From NCBI GenBank assembly GCA_950097015.1, contig CATNEN010000024.1, forward strand, positions 1 to 64,000: a stretch of DNA of 64,000 bases, read 5' to 3'. The notes under the pieces were generated by a model. The model saw only the letters and a program-made list of their open reading frames with translations, searched no databases and was not told the origin of the DNA. This stretch comes from Macrostomum hystrix. Taxonomy: Eukaryota > Animalia > Platyhelminthes. Shown here one piece after another: positions 24,831 through 40,182 of the stretch (positions are counted from its first letter, which is position 1; each line of letters opens with the position of its first letter). A program made the translations under genes and the position numbers.

Positions 24831-26027
24831 TTGTCATCATTTAGGAAATGGAAATCGAAAACTATGTCTAGAATTACATTTTTAATTTTTAAGAAGCATT
24901 TTTGTGGCAAGCTATTAGCAAGAAATATATTAAACTTTGATGTAAATCCCAAACCGGTTAGCTTAACTGTCTGTCTGCCACAGTAAACAGGTTCTGTCCA
25001 TTACATCAGTTAATGCAATCAAGGTCATTGAAGCTTTAAGGATATCAGAATGAAAATTTCCCCACTAGTAAGCGATCAGAGGAACAAGCGGAGACGGAAA
25101 CGAACGACCAGATTATAAGAGCGATTGTTCATAAAAAGGCCGCTAATTTTTCTCCCATATAAACATTTTCCCCAATCCCAAACCGAGCCTAAGAGGTGAT
25201 GCGAGGATACCAAAAACACAGCTGCCGAGAGGGTGGAAAGAGAGAGACGGAGAGAGTGAGTGAAATCGAAATACTACTATCTATGGCTGATGGGGATAAT
25301 TTTCCTATGGGAATTTTCTTGCTAGATATGCCACTATCTCTCTCTGTCTCACTCTAAAAATGCGCGATGAAATATATTCATGCAAGTATGCTGGAGGCCG
25401 CAGGAAAAAGTCCACGATCGCCTAAATGACTAAGCAAAAAAATAAACTAGCATATTAATGGGACAGACTAGTAATGCCGTTACAGCCGCGTCCAATACTC
25501 TTGCTGTACGTGACCGGCACGAATTTGTCATCTTGACAGGCCGACCAATTGATATTACATAGCCGGGAATATAATAATTCTTCGGTCTGGTACACCGGTT
25601 AATCATCCCACCCAACCCAGTTTGCCAATGCGTCCGTCTTATTTTTAGTTGGAAAAAATGGGCACGCACTGAGGATAACTGGGTGGATGGATGGGTGGGT
25701 GGGTGAGGGCGTGTGGCAGGACCAGAGGAAGTCGAAGGTAATAACTCTTTGCCCGAGTCACAAAATCCTGATTAGCAGCACGACTCTGGGCCGGTTGCGT
25801 CACTGAATAAAGAAAATGAGAATGAAAATGAATGGCCAAACAAGGCCATACATAGGGCTTCGAGGTGCAGAGGGGGCGGAGTCTGAGAAAGCTCACGCAC
25901 ACGCCGTGCTCAAGAAAATGGCCCACCTTTAGTGTAGCATTCTGCCTTGCCTAGTGAAGGCCCGGCTATAATCTGCTTCTTTCGAAGCCAACGTGATGAA
26001 GCCACAGAAAACTCTGGTTCTAAAGGT

Positions 26028-26042
26028 TGTGTGCGTGTGTGT

Positions 26043-26090
<48 letters not shown>
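26028..26090. repeat. (GT)n microsatellite
   Basis: About 30 GT units. Confidence 0.98.
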
Positions 26091-26091
<1 letters not shown>

Positions 26092-26309
26092 TTCTGCTTC
26101 AACTTCAAAGGCCAGAATTCACGACTGATTTCTTTATTTCAAAACGACACGAGGAAAGCAATACAGAGCCTACTTTGTGAACACTGTGTGCTCACTTCTC
26201 ATTGATTCGTTGATTCGTTGGTATGGAAAAATTAGTATCTGCAACAATGTTCTTCAGATTCGTAGGACCTCCGTTTTGTTGCTAAAATTTTCGATTCGTC
26301 TCTAGACTA

Positions 26310-26590
26310 GAACAGTTCCCATCCCAATCAGAACAGTTCGAATCCCAAATAGAACAGTTCCCATCCCAAATAGAACAGTTCCCATCCCAAATAGAAACCC
26401 ATCCCATATGGCACAGTTCCAATCCCAAATGGTACAGTTTAATCCTAAATGGTACAGTTTAATCCCAAATGGTACAGTTCCAATCCCATATGGCACAGTT
26501 CCAATCCCTAATGGCACAGTTCCAATCCCAAATGGTACAGTTCCAATCCCAAATGGCATAGTTCCCATCCCTAATGGCACAGTTCCCATG
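26310..26590. repeat. Diverged array of 21 bp family B, ~13 copies
   Basis: GAACAGTTCCCATCCCAAATA units grading into GGTACAGTTCCAATCCCAAAT. Confidence 0.93.
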
Positions 26591-27422
26591 CCAAGTAGAA
26601 GAGATCTCATTCAATTATGTATAATATTTGTATATTCTATCCTCATGAATTGAAGTCCCATTACTAGTACTTTTGGGCTTCGGGAATGTCGGAAGTCACT
26701 CCACACCTCTGGTATTCCCAGTGTTTAAGCAGTTGTCCGAGAACTGGACCTCAAACCGAAATCTTTATTAGACACGTGTATCATGAGTCAGCGGCTCCAA
26801 CGCCACTCGGGGTGGGTGGCGGGCTGGCATGCAGAGTCCAACAATTTCCGGTAAAATCATTTTGAAGACCTATCTTTTCTGAGCTTGCTGACCGAGCCTC
26901 TGACAGGAAAGTCTGTTAGCTTGAGCGGAGCTGAAAAAAGGGGAAAAGAAATTTAATCGAATGTTTAGAGAGGAAGAGCGAGAGAGGGAGGCAACCGTGT
27001 TGAGGATTTTCTAAAAAAAGAAAAGGGAAATCTCGGTTGTGGAATAATTGTTGCTAACCATAATTATAATGCTATACATTTCTACCGGCTCCCAACTGTC
27101 AGTCGCCTGTCCGTCACCAGGGACACCACCCATAGACTAGAGTAAGAAAGAAAGTTAATAACGGGATCCAATGAATGGGAGAAAATATCATAATTACTAG
27201 CACAGCCGTTGGAAGTGCGGTCCCAAAAGTAGGAAAAAACTGTTTTTCTCATTGCAAAAGAATATTGGCACAGATTGTTTCGAGCTTGATGGCCCCCATC
27301 TGCCTAGCAACAGGCTGTGGCTGTGCACAGGTGGGCATAAGCATAGCGAACAATCGGCAGTGTAACGATGTTAATTTTTCACTAATATAGTTGCAAGCCA
27401 ATATATTGTGAATTGTGAATCT

Positions 27423-28142
27423 AGTGAGTAGAGACAGCAGTGAGTAGAGACAGCAGTGAGTAGAGACAGCAGTGAGTAGAGAGAGCAGTGAGTAGAGAGA
27501 GCAGTGAGTAGAGACAGCAGTGAGTAGAGACAGCAGTGAGTAGAGACAGCAGTGAGTAGAGAGAGCAGTGAGTAGAGACAGCAGTGAGTAGAGACAGCAG
27601 TGAGTAGAGAGACCAGTGAGTAGAGACAGCAGTGAGTAGAGAGAGCAGTGAGTAGAGACAGCAGTGAGTAGAGAGAGCAGTGAGTAGAGACAGCAGTGAG
27701 TAGAGACAGCAGTGAGTAGAGAGAGCAGTGAGTAGAGACAGCAGTGAGTAGAGACAGCAGTGAGTAGAGAGAGCAGTGAGTAGAGACAGCAGTGAGTAGA
27801 GAGAGCAGTGAGTAGAGACAGCAGTGAGTAGAGAGAGCAGTGAGTAGAGACAGCAGTGAGTAGAGACAGCAGTGAGTAGAGAGAGCAGTGAGTAGAGACA
27901 GCAGTGAGTAGAGAGAGCAGTGAGTAGAGACAGCAGTGAGTAGAGAGAGCAGTGAGTAGAGACAGCAGTGAGTAGAGAGAGCAGTGAGTAGAGACAGCAG
28001 TGAGTAGAGAGAGCAGTGAGTAGAGAGAGCAGTGAGTAGAGAGAGCAGTGAGTAGAGACAGCAGTGAGTAGAGAGAGCAGTGAGTAGAGACAGCAGTGAG
28101 TAGAGAGAGCAGTGAGTAGAGACAGCAGTGAGTAGAGAGAGC
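27423..28142. repeat. 16 bp minisatellite family C (AGTGAGTAGAGA[C/G]AGC), ~45 copies
   Basis: Direct tandem repetition with a binary C/G variant. Confidence 0.98.
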
Positions 28143-28729
28143 AATGGGTTGAGGGAGCGGTGAGTAGAGAGGGTAAAAGGGAAAGAGAAGACGACACGAG
28201 AGAAGTGAAAGGGGCAAGCAGACATTAAGTCAATTAGATATGAAGTGGCAAGCAGCCAAGGGGCCGATTGGAATTAGTTCTTGGCAGTCTCGATCAGGTT
28301 GGCGGCAAACACACCACCCGAGTGTGAGAGTGAGAGGAGCGAGTTGTGTTGTCAGTGAACCCAGCTGTTAGCACATGCTTCGAGGCGGGGGCGGAGACAC
28401 CTTCCACAGCTGCCTACCACCGAATGAACTGGACTCCACCCACCGTGTTTGAACAGGTGCCAGCCCGTCACGCCCCACACCTATTAGCTGCACAGTTTCA
28501 CACACACTGGGAGACAGGCGTGCTTCACTATTTCAGTAGTTCCATTTCAATAGCCACTAATGAATAGTTGCGAAATGAGCCAGGAGAAAGCGGAGTGAAA
28601 GACAGAGCTGCCAATTTGGTTGCTCGCCGGTCGCTAGCTTGGACACGTGTTCATTTGCCAGCTTCGAATCGTGTCTGCACACTGGGAACCCGAAAAGCAG
28701 CTGGTTACATCCAATAGTTCTGCCTTTCA

Positions 28730-29445
28730 ACCTCTCCCGTGTCTCATCTCCCTCCTGTCTAATCTCTCCACTTTCTCATCTCTCCCGTGTCTCATCTCTC
28801 CCGTGTCTCATCTCTCCCGTGTCTCATCTCTCCCGTGTCTCATCTCTCCCGTGTCTCATCTCTCCCGTGTCTCATCTCTCCCGTGTCTCATCTCTCCCGT
28901 GTCTCATCTCTCCGTGTCTCATCTCTCCCGTGTCTCATCTCTCCCGTGTCTCATCTCTCCCGTGTCTCATCTCTCCCGTGTCTCATCTCTCCCGTGTCTC
29001 ATCTCTCCCGTGTCTCATCTCTCCCGTGTCTCATCTCTCCCGTGTCTCATCTCTCCCGTGTCTCATCTCTCCCGTGTCTCATCTCTCCCGTGTCTCATCT
29101 CTCCCGTGTCTCATCTCTCCCGTGTCTCATCTCTCCCGTGTCTCATCTCTCCCGTGTCTCATCTCTCCCGTGTCTCATCTCTCCCGTGTCTCATCTCTCC
29201 CGTGTCTCATCTCTCCCGTGTCTCATCTCTCCCGTGTCTCATCTCTCCCGTGTCTCATCTCTCCCGTGTCTCATCTCTCCCGTGTCTCATCTCCCTCCTG
29301 TCTAATCTCTCCACTTTTCTCATCTCTCCCGTGTCTCATTTCTCCCGTGTCTCATCTCTCCCGTGTCTCATCTCTCCCGTGTCTCATCTCCCTCCTGTCT
29401 AATCTCTCCACTTTTCTCATCTCTCCCGTGTCTCATTTCTCCTAT
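28730..29445 (+). repeat. 16 bp family A array, ~44 copies
   Basis: ATCTCTCCCGTGTCTC tandem. Confidence 0.98.
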
Positions 29446-30444
29446 CTCGAATATATTCCTAGTTTCATCCCGGCCCATTCCCCTGCCAGGCATAAAAGTT
29501 TGCCGACCCTGCCCTGACTCGCCAGTGTCTGTGGACAGTCCAGATAGCAAGTCTGTCTCCATCAATTTGTCGCAAAGAAAGTATTTGATAAATCTCTTTG
29601 CGGAGATTTAATTTTTTCCACCTGGAAACTGAACTAATCAGGCGGGGAGAATGCTAATCCTGGAATTGCGTGTCACCTCTCGAGACCGCCCCTCGGGTCT
29701 CCTGGGACGCGGATCTTGATCCTGTTGCTGAGGAGGCAAATCTTCCTAGAAAAAAAGAATAGCCTATTAAAAAGAGGATTTGCATATCTGATTTCCAAAG
29801 CTTGAAAGCAAAGGAAACAGAAGTGCCTCTCGTTTGAATTCGCTGCATCACGCGCTCTGGGATCTGTGGGGGATCTGACGGGATTGTGGGAGAATTAATC
29901 CCAATAGCGCGTGTGTGCTCCTGTTCCTATTTCCTCTGGCTTTTGGGAATCCGACTGCGACGACAAAGTCGAAATTGAGAACTGGCCCCCCCATCTGTTT
30001 TGAAAGGTGGGACGGGAGAGCGGTGGGCCATTAAAACAGGCGGTAATTCAATTATGTATTATCTACCCCTGGGCTCGCAGCGGATGGTCAGTGATGGATT
30101 AACCGCTTCCTCTCTCTACCCCTCCCTCCCAGTTCCCATTGCCTGGCGAAGAGAAGATGGCACTGCTTCACATAGGGATCAGAATCTCAATAGAGAGTGG
30201 CCGACAATCGCTCTTCCGCTGGCAATTCCTCTATATTTCTGCTTGATTTACGAACCCAAAGCTTCCCCTCTCTTCCTCTCTCTGCCTCTTTGCCTGATGT
30301 TGCGAGTTGCATATGTGGGATTAAACTCAAGAAAGTTGCAAGTCTTGAATAATTATTTAATTATTACTCGTTGAGGACAGTCGATAAGGATATTAATTTT
30401 TGGCTCGTGTTCAGGGGTAGGGCAAACTCCAATTCACCAAGTGA

Positions 30445-31308
<864 letters not shown>

Positions 31309-31794
31309 CCTTGAACCCGTGTAGTCAGCCATAAAATGCGAACCTCATCCAACGCACCAAATTAGCCTAGCAACCAGGACGAAAGTGCAAGATGCGGGAT
31401 TATGAGGACACAAGCAGCCTAGCGCGCAACATCACAGCCTTTTCACCAGATTTGAGTCCAGTAGATTTGAGTCTAAATCTTCTCCTCTTAAATCCGTCTT
31501 GAGTAGCCGGGTGCCATCTGGGAGCATTTCTTTGAGAAAATCGTTTCTCAGAAATCCAAGTCAGCTTCTATTGCGCAAAGCATTGAGAAGCTGATGAAAA
31601 TTCTGTTTGCTTATGTACAAGTCTGCTTTTCCTTCGCGCGGAAATTGTCATCAATTTTGTTAATGGGACACAAATTATTTTTTGCGCGTTGAACTCAGCA
31701 TTGGGATTAAGGTCTTAATCCATTGCCACACGCACCCGACGCCTCGCAAACTGTTTTCTGCCTTTTTCAAACAGTCCTCGGATGACCTCACGCA

Positions 31795-31795
<1 letters not shown>

Positions 31796-31860
<65 letters not shown>

Positions 31861-31867
31861 TAATCTG

Positions 31868-31966
<99 letters not shown>

Positions 31967-31970
31967 GTCT
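31796..31970. repeat. (ATCT)n microsatellite, ~43 copies
   Basis: Direct tetranucleotide repetition. Confidence 0.98.
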
Positions 31971-32577
31971 ATTTCCCGCATTCTACTATTACTGCTCATG
32001 TGAGAGAGTGAGGAAGAAAGCCGGAAATCTCCCAACACGCTGCATCCCTGCTCCATTCCAATTTCCTCCCGCACACCCACTCCAAACTCCCCACGCAATT
32101 AGTTCTCTCTCCCAGTTTCGCTGTTTCTCCCACAGGCAGTTTCTCGCACTGTCCTCACAGCCATTTCACTCTGGCCAAGCCGCACACGAGAGTCCAGACC
32201 GCGTGCGAACCACCCTGAGCCACTTGGTCGCGGTAGATTGTACTTCTCTCTCCCTTCCTCCCAGTGCAAGCCACTGCAGCCGCCCCGACTGTCTTAGAAG
32301 TGAGTCTGTAGGCCAGCCGGGGTGAAGATGCTAATCTCGCTCTTCTTCTAATCTCACTCAGTCTGTGCTCAACATTCTCTGATTTTTTTCCAATCTTCGA
32401 TTTAAAGGATGTCCTGATATAAGGAGGAACTCGAGCCAAGGAACTCGGAATCGAAAAATTTAGAGCAAGACAAAGTGCGCAATTTTCTGCTTTAATTGAC
32501 AGTTTTGTGTCGGGATTTGGCAACCCCCTCCAATGGTGACCTGTCCATCGACCCTTGAAACACCTACTCTACCAGTG

Positions 32578-33255
32578 CCTCATCTCTCCCGTGTCTCATC
32601 TCTCCCGTGTCTCATCTCTCCCGTGTCTCATCTCTCCCGTGTCTCATCTCTCCTGTGTCTCATCTCTCCCGTGTCTCATATCTCCTGTGTCTCATATCTC
32701 CTGTGTCTCATCTCTCCCGTGTCTCATCTCTCCCGTGTCTCATCTCTCCCGTGTCTCATCTCTCCCATGTCTCATCTCTCCCGTGTCTCATCTCTCCCGT
32801 GTCTCATCTGTCCCGTGTCTCATCTCTCCCGTGTCTCATATCTCCCGTGTCTCATCTCTCCTGTGTCTCATCTCTCCCGTGTCTCATCTCTCCCTTGTCT
32901 CATCTCTCCCGTGTCTCATCTCTCCCGTGTCTCATCTCTCCCTTGTCTCATCTCTCCCGTGTCTCATCTCTCCCGTGAATCATCTCTCCCGTGTCTCATC
33001 TCTCCCTTGTCTCATCTCTACCGTGTCTCATCTCTCCCGTGTCTCATCTCTCCCTTGTCTCATCTCTCCCGTGTCTCATCTCTCCCGTGTCTCATCTCTC
33101 CCGTGTCTCATCTCTCCCGTGTCTCATCTCTCCCGTGTCTCATCTCTCCCTTGTCTCATCTCTCCCGTGTCTCATCTGTCCCGTGTCTCATCTCTCCCGT
33201 GTCTCATCTCTCCCGTGTCTCATATCTCCCGTGTCTCATCTCTCCCGTGTCTCAA
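32578..33255 (+). repeat. 16 bp family A array, ~42 copies
   Basis: Tandem repetition. Confidence 0.98.
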
Positions 33256-34149
33256 CTCTCTCTTTCACCAAGCCGATCCGGCCCAATGTGATCATTGGTT
33301 TCTCTGTTCGGCTCGTTAGGTATTCCGGGTTTTGGTCGCCTTCGTAGCTTCCATCGCGTCTCTTCTCTCAGCAAAAGGTAGATTCACTATTTATGAATAA
33401 AATCTTCATTCCATCTTGAAGCATTGCCGTCACATCTGCGGCGGAAATCTCAGTCGTGCAGACATGGGATCTTCTGAGACAACACGTCCCCTCTCTCAGC
33501 CCTCCTCACCTCCTTCCGACGGCGGCGGTAGCAGTAGCAGCTGCTGCTGTTGCTTCTAGAGGGACACTCCAGAGAGATGCAATGCAAAATAGCGCGCACA
33601 GGAGGCGGTGGGGGTGGGGTGGCCACTTACTCATGCGGCTGCCTAATGCTCGCCATCTGCAGCCTGGATGAGCTGCCCAGCTGCATTAATCCTACCTTAA
33701 CTAGTTACGTAATCGGTTTCTGGGAATCTGCTAGATGTTGCCGCTGAGATAGTCCGGCCTGATACTGTTATTATTTATACATTTTTTCGCTCCCAGCTTC
33801 ATCAATCCCATAGCCTTCGTTTTCATTTTCATTTCAGCTTCAAGTATATTTTGTGGCATTATTAAAATGCTGAATTTCTTGTCGTTACGCAACGGCACTC
33901 CTTGTCCAATGCTGTTGTTGTCACGCCTCTTAGGTGTGAAAATGTGACTTAATTATTTGATGTAATCAAGACTGAAATCTCCTGATTTTTAGTCGAGGTC
34001 GTGTAGGAAAATCGTGTTTACGAGAGGGAGCATGCTGTCCCTCACGAGGTGTTAATTACTGAAAATATGGGTGCCATAAATGTGACGTAACATGTCAGCG
34101 TAATTGAGAATTGTTTTAAATTCTCAAAATGCAGACAGCTATAGAACAA

Positions 34150-34452
34150 GATACAGACATTTACAGACAAAATACAGACAGTTACAGACTGAGATACAGG
34201 CAGTTACAGACTGAGATACAGGCAGTTACAGACCAAGATACAGACAGCTACAGACTGAGATACAGGCAGTTACAGACTGAGATACAGGCAGTTACAGACT
34301 GAGATACAGGCAGTTACAGACAAAATACAGACAGTTACAGACTAAGATACAGGCAGTTACAGACTGAGATACAGGCAGTTACAGACTAAGATACAGACAG
34401 CTACAGACTGAGATACAGGCAGTTACAGACTGAGATACAGGCAGTTACAGTC
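34150..34452. repeat. 22 bp minisatellite (CAGTTACAGACTGAGATACAGG), ~13 copies
   Basis: Tandem repetition. Confidence 0.95.
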
Positions 34453-34614
34453 AAATACACAAATATTCATGCACAAGGGTGCCATATTCTTAGCTTGCAT
34501 TGAAATTGATTTAAAAGGGTTTCGAATTTCTGAAATTTTGCAGACAACGGAAGCAGCTGCTCAGAAAACTGCTCCGCCTCATCAGATTGCTCAAACAGAA
34601 CAACTCAGCAGGCC

Positions 34615-34768
34615 ATGAGGCCGGGGCCATCGGCAGAACAAAAATGGTCATTGTCGCCGTCTAGGCGACCGCTGCTGCCGCTGCTGCTGCTGCTGCTGCC
34701 GTTGCTGTTGCTTCGACCCGCAGTCGGACTGACTGTCACCTCCTCCGCTGCTGCAGTTCGTCAGTTCG
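34615..34768 (+). CDS. Candidate signal-peptide exon MRPGPSAEQKWSLSPSRRPLLPLLLLLLPLLLLRPAVGLTVTSSAAAVRQF. Either an alternative first exon of the Ihog-like gene or the start of an unrecognised gene
   Basis: gccATG, a basic n-region, a CTG-encoded Leu h-region and an AVG|L cleavage-like site. Phase-1 donor g|GTGAGT at 34769. Upstream acceptor-like ttttgcAG at 34543. Confidence 0.5.
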
Positions 34769-35074
34769 GTGAGTTTTTTCTCCTTCCCGGCTGAAAGCAG
34801 ATTTCGTAGGCAATTGTTTGACAATTTACCAACGATTGCGCAGTGCAGGACGCATGACTAATTCTGAATTCTCATGCGCCATATTCAAGTAAGGTTCTTT
34901 GTTCTATCCGGGTTAGAAAAATTGGTGATTTTATTTTCTGTTTGTCCTCGATCAACGATGCGTCACGATCGACTCACTTCCTTCTGCCAGCCCAGTGCTC
35001 AGCTCCATCCTCACACAGATATCTTCGGCGATGATTTTCTCCTTGGCTTTCGTTAAAAACGCCACTGAAAACCT

Positions 35075-35200
35075 AATGTACAGCTGTCAGTCCGTGGACT
35101 GGGGAGGCTGGCATACCCACCCGAGTATCTACCCCAGCTCATGCTGGTACCTATTTTATAACCGGGTGAACTTAAGATTCGAACTCCCGACCTCTGACAC
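35075..35200 (-). mobile_element. tRNA-derived SINE family 2, partial copy
   Basis: The reverse strand has a B-box (GGAGTTCGAATC), then TTCACCCGGTTATAAAATAGGTACCAGC and CAGTCCACGGACTGACAGCTGTACA, shared with the 43.5 kb copy. Confidence 0.6.
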
Positions 35201-37227
35201 CTCTCACACTCCCGACCATCAAAAAATTTATTTTTTTGCTTTGTTTCTAGAACAAAAATTTGTTATTCATCACCCACTTTTTAATCACTAAAGAGGCCAG
35301 TCTTTTCCATTTCCATTTCCATTTCCATTTCAATTTCTCATAATCAGCAGTTTTCAGTCTGCCTTCAGGGGAAATATTTTAGCCCTACTTAAACGTGGTG
35401 CATTGATTAAAAGTACTTAAAAATTGAGTTGATTAAAAGTGTTCATTGTGGATAGCCCAGCCATTCATTTGAGCATTCATTTGTCTTTTTTCCCCTTCGC
35501 AGTCTGTCGGCCATCGCGCCTTAGTCACTTGGAAACGGGTTGGGGAGAGAGTGGGAAAAAATTGAAAGCCACGGGGACAAAAGAGCAGAATCCCACCCAT
35601 TACGGTGATTGCTCATGTCACTCGGTCCTTTCTCTCCCTCACCCCTCCCCCCTCCACTTACCAAGCCGGCAAGCTGTGAGCACTTTGGAGAGGCCGTTGG
35701 AAAAAAAATCTAATTAAATTGATCATTTTTTGTGACCCCTCAGACTTCGCTCTGTCGAACTTGTCCCACCCGACCCGCCAGCCTGTTGCCATGGTGATAA
35801 TTGCAGCAGCGGGCCCATGGGAGAACGGGGACACAGGAGTTAGTGAGGGATTAACTGTGGCTGCCCGCTGATGGGGTTGAGTCTTATATCTATGCAGAGC
35901 TCTCTATCTGCCACCCTGTATGCGTGTCCCTTCTCAGCCTCTATAATCTCTCGCTGGAGCCACTTGGTCTATCCCCGTCTGTCTCGGCAGCAGCGGCCGC
36001 CGCCGCAGTCGCCGCCGCCGCCGGCGCGGCGCGGTCTTGCTCGCGAGTCTCTGCCGATGCAGTTTGCTCCGACAGCAACAACAAAAAAAACTGCGGTTCA
36101 AGTCACTTCTTGGTGCGGACAGCCGCCCCCTCCCTCTCTGCTCAGCAACTGTCCGTCCGCCAATCCCTTAACTACCTGAAGTTTTCTACATTTTATAGAC
36201 AATTTTTTGTTCAATTGACAGCGGGCCATAGGAGTAGTAGGCTATTAGCCTGGCAGCAGCATGGAGACAGCCAGTCTGGGATTTTGTCGCTACGCGGTAT
36301 TTTCTCAGAGTGAGATACAGGTTTCCTGGCTATAATAATGGGCGCTGTTATTGCTGGGATGAAGCGATCCTTTATCCAGTCACTCCCAGCTCCCAGTCAG
36401 TTCTCAGTGTCGGCATTTTGGGTTTCAGTTATCCTGACAAGAAAACATGAGATGTTTCTCTCATGCCGGTGCCAGACACATGCTTAATACTCAACGATAA
36501 ATTGAGCTGGATTAAGCTGAAGGACTGCCGACTCTTGTCGAGTGTCACATTCTTCCTATACTCATCTGCCATTCTAGATGCTAAAGATATTCATCGCAAC
36601 TCAACAGTCTTCCTCCATTGGCTAGATAGACGGATATACCATTTTCTTAAGCGGCCCAAACACTTCAGAGATAGTGAGGCCTGTGCGAGTGTGTGACAGC
36701 CGTCACACCGTGTCTTCAAGCTCACAGTTGCTAAGCGTTCATCACGCAAATCTTCCCGATCTAATCTCACGGGCCATTGTGACTGTGCCAGCAGCAGCAG
36801 CAGCAGCAGCGGCGGCTGTGGGAGAATAAATAATGCTTTATATCTTTCTGGCCATGTTTAAAAAACTTGAGATGACTCAAGGGATGGTTCGGTGGTCCGC
36901 AGCTGCAGCAGCTGCTGCTGACGGTGGGAAGCCATTGACTAGATTGAAAAGACAATGGTTAAAACTGACAGGCAGGGTGAGTTGGTGAGTTAGATGTGAA
37001 ACTCAAATTCAGATTTTTTATAAGCAAAAACTAGCTTTGAGTGCTTACTACTCAGTGATTTGATTTCTATAGCAAAATGAAACAGACAGCAATAACATAA
37101 AACAATCAGTTACGCAGAAAACTATTTCACTTCAACAGAATTACATCTGAAGTGAATTGCGCAACATCACAATTTAGTGCCATCAACCGCCTCTTCACAG
37201 CAAATTGACGAAACAGCAAAGCAAAGC

Positions 37228-37422
37228 AGTGAGTAGAGAGAGCAGTGAGTAGAGAGAGCAGTGAGTAGAGAGAGCAGTGAGTAGAGACAGCAGTGAGTAG
37301 AGACAGCAGTGAGTAGAGAGAGCAGTGAGTAGAGAGAGCAGTGAGTAGAGAGAGCAGTGAGTAGAGAGAGCAGTGAGTAGAGAGAGCAGTGAGTAGAGAG
37401 AGCAGTGAGTAGAGAGAGCAGT
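37228..37422. repeat. 16 bp family C array, ~12 copies
   Basis: Same unit as 27423-28142. Confidence 0.97.
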
Positions 37423-38304
37423 GATTATGAGTAGGGCTCCGTCTTTGATGGAACGAATTAATTTATTAGTTCATTACAGAGATTAAGTTAAACTTGTAGC
37501 TATGTGGGAGAGCGCCTTTGAATCTTCATATTAAGTGAGTTTATTTAACATAATATTTTAACAAAGGAAATACTTATATATCATTCATTAACTTTTATCG
37601 ATATAGGAATTCGATTTAAATTCAAGTAAATTTCTATCCATTTTCTGATTTTCTACACTCGCGGCATCCTGAAGATGCCATCTGACACCATAGTCTGAAA
37701 TGTCATTCACTCCCTAAATCCCCACGGCCACCAGTTGATTCCCAAAATAGCCCGCTGCTAGCACGTGGCAGCTGTCATTCGGTTGTGATGGCGGCTGACT
37801 GTCTACCTACAGCGTTGCGACTAACATACGGGAGGCATGGATGGCAACTAAATTCCTGTTGCTTGCGAGTACTCTCTGGTGTTCATTACGCAATCAGTTT
37901 CAGAAGTCAAATCCTCCATAAGGTTCTCCTGTCTTCTTCTTATTTTTATATTCTGTTTTTCTTTCTGACAGATTCTTAGGAGGAGGAAAAATTTTCTCTT
38001 TGATTCGTCACAACCATCACAAGCCCCTCAACATCAGCAAGCGAGACTCGGGGGAATCATCCGGGACTAAATCATGAATAAAAGAGGAACTGAACAAACG
38101 ACGCATACGGCTAATTAAATCCGGAACCCATTCCCAATTCACAAAGCATTTTAATTTGAAACAAAACGAGGCAGCCTGACAAACGTCTGTTGCCAAGTTT
38201 ACGAGCTGAGTCAAACCAATCGGTTTGAGTAGGGGCAGGAGAAACTAGGTGACCTGTTCGGCTGGATTTTTTACTTTTAAAAAATCTTGGCGTATCTTAT
38301 TATA

Positions 38305-39420
38305 TCTCATCTGATCCAATCTCATCTGATCCAATCTCATCTAATCCAATCTCATCTAATCCAATCTCATCTGATCCAATCTCATCTGATCCAATCTCAT
38401 CTGATCCAATCTCATCTGATCTAATCTCATCTGATCCAATCTCATCTGATCTAATCTCATCTGATCCAATCTCATCTGATCCATTCTCATCTGATCCAAT
38501 CTCATCTGATCCAATCTCATCTGATCCAATCTCATCTGATCCAATCTCATCTGATCCAATCTCATCTAATCCAATCTCATCTAATCCAATCTCATCTAAT
38601 CCAATCTCATCTAATCCAATCTCATCTAATCCAATCTCATCTGATCCAATCTCATCTGATCCAATCTCATCTGATCCAATCTCATCTGATCCAATCTCAT
38701 CTGATCCAATCTCATCTGATCCAATCTCATCTGATCCAATCTCATCTGATCCAATCTCATCTGATCCAATCTCATCTGATCCAATCTCATCTGATCCAAT
38801 CTCATCTGATCCAATCTCATCTGATCCAATCTCATCTGATCCAATCTCATCTGATCCAATCTCATCTGATCCAATCTCATCTAATCCAATCTCATCTAAT
38901 CCAATCTCATCTAATCCAATCTCATCTAATCCAATCTCATCTGATCCAATCTCATCTGATCCAATCTCATCTGATCCAATCTCATCTGATCCAATCTCAT
39001 CTGATCCAATCTCATCTGATCCAATCTCATCTGATCCAATCTCATCTGATCCAATCTCATCTGATCCAATCTCATCTGATCCAATCTCATCTGATCCAAT
39101 CTCATCTGATCCAATCTCATCTGATCCAATCTCATCTGATCCAATCTCATCTGATCCAATCTCATCTGATACAATCTCATCTGATCCAATCTCATCTGAT
39201 CCAATCTCATCTGATCCAATCTCATCTGATCCAATCTCATCTGATCCAATCTCATCTGATCCAATCTCATCTGATCCAATCTCATCTGATCCAATCTCAT
39301 CTGATCCAATCTCATCTGATCCAATCTCATCTGATCCAATCTCATCTGATCCAATCTCATCTGATCCAATCTCATCTGATCCAATCTCATCTAATCCAAT
39401 CTCATTTGATCTAATCTCAT
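38305..39420. repeat. 15 bp minisatellite (ATCTCATCTGATCCA), ~74 copies
   Basis: Highly homogeneous tandem; source of the MRLDQ ORFs. Confidence 0.99.
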
Positions 39421-40009
39421 CTAATCTAATCTTATCTTATTTAGTCTCAACAGATCTAATCTCATTTGATCTAATCTCATCTTATCATCCCTCATCGGAT
39501 CTAATCTCATTGGTTCGATTCTCATTTAACTTAATCTCATGGGATCTATTGACAAAAAGTCAAATCGCCAGACCCTATTAGGGTTAGTATTTGTAGAACA
39601 GCAAAGAGGCACTTAGAATTAGTTGAATTCTAAGAATGTCTTACATTTCCATGCCACTATAAACCGAATCCCAACTGACACTCCAGTCTGCTTTCTAGGT
39701 CTCGAATTACCTTTCTGTTCGGTAATTCCGTTGAATCTCTAGAGTGCTACAAGAGAGTGCGGAGCTTCAAGGAAATGATTTGAAGGCTGTTAAACTGGCC
39801 TCTCAAATTTCTATGGGCAACCAGCTGAGGGAAGTTAAGGATAAGGTGCCTTGTTGGTTTGGGAACATGGGATTTGCTTAGCGTGTTTTCTGAGTCGCTA
39901 TTGAATACTTGGGTAAGACATATTCAGCTTTTGTTTATTGCTGTACCGGAAATTTTTAACGAAATTAAAAATATTAGTTGCTTCAATAATTATTTATTGG
40001 ACGCCACAC

Positions 40010-40182
40010 CCCAGCCTCCATTATCCCAGCTGATGCTGGCACCCATTTAACAGCTGGATGAATTGAAGCAATGCAGACTTAATTGTTTTGCTAAAGGACA
40101 CAAATTGTTGCACTGGAGTCGAGAATCGAACCCCCGACCTTCAATTCGTGAGTCTGAAACTCTAACCACAAAGCATTGGTCC
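40010..40182 (-). mobile_element. tRNA-derived SINE family 2 copy
   Basis: Reverse strand: A-box-like TGTGGTTAGA, B-box GGGTTCGATTC, then TTCATCCAGCTGTTAAATGGGTGCCAGCATCAGCTGGG. Confidence 0.7.

Noticed and set aside
35871-36313. Poly-Ala/Pro ORFs downstream of the 34.6 kb signal exon
   Set aside because: These are GCC/GCA microsatellite-driven, with no donor or domain evidence.
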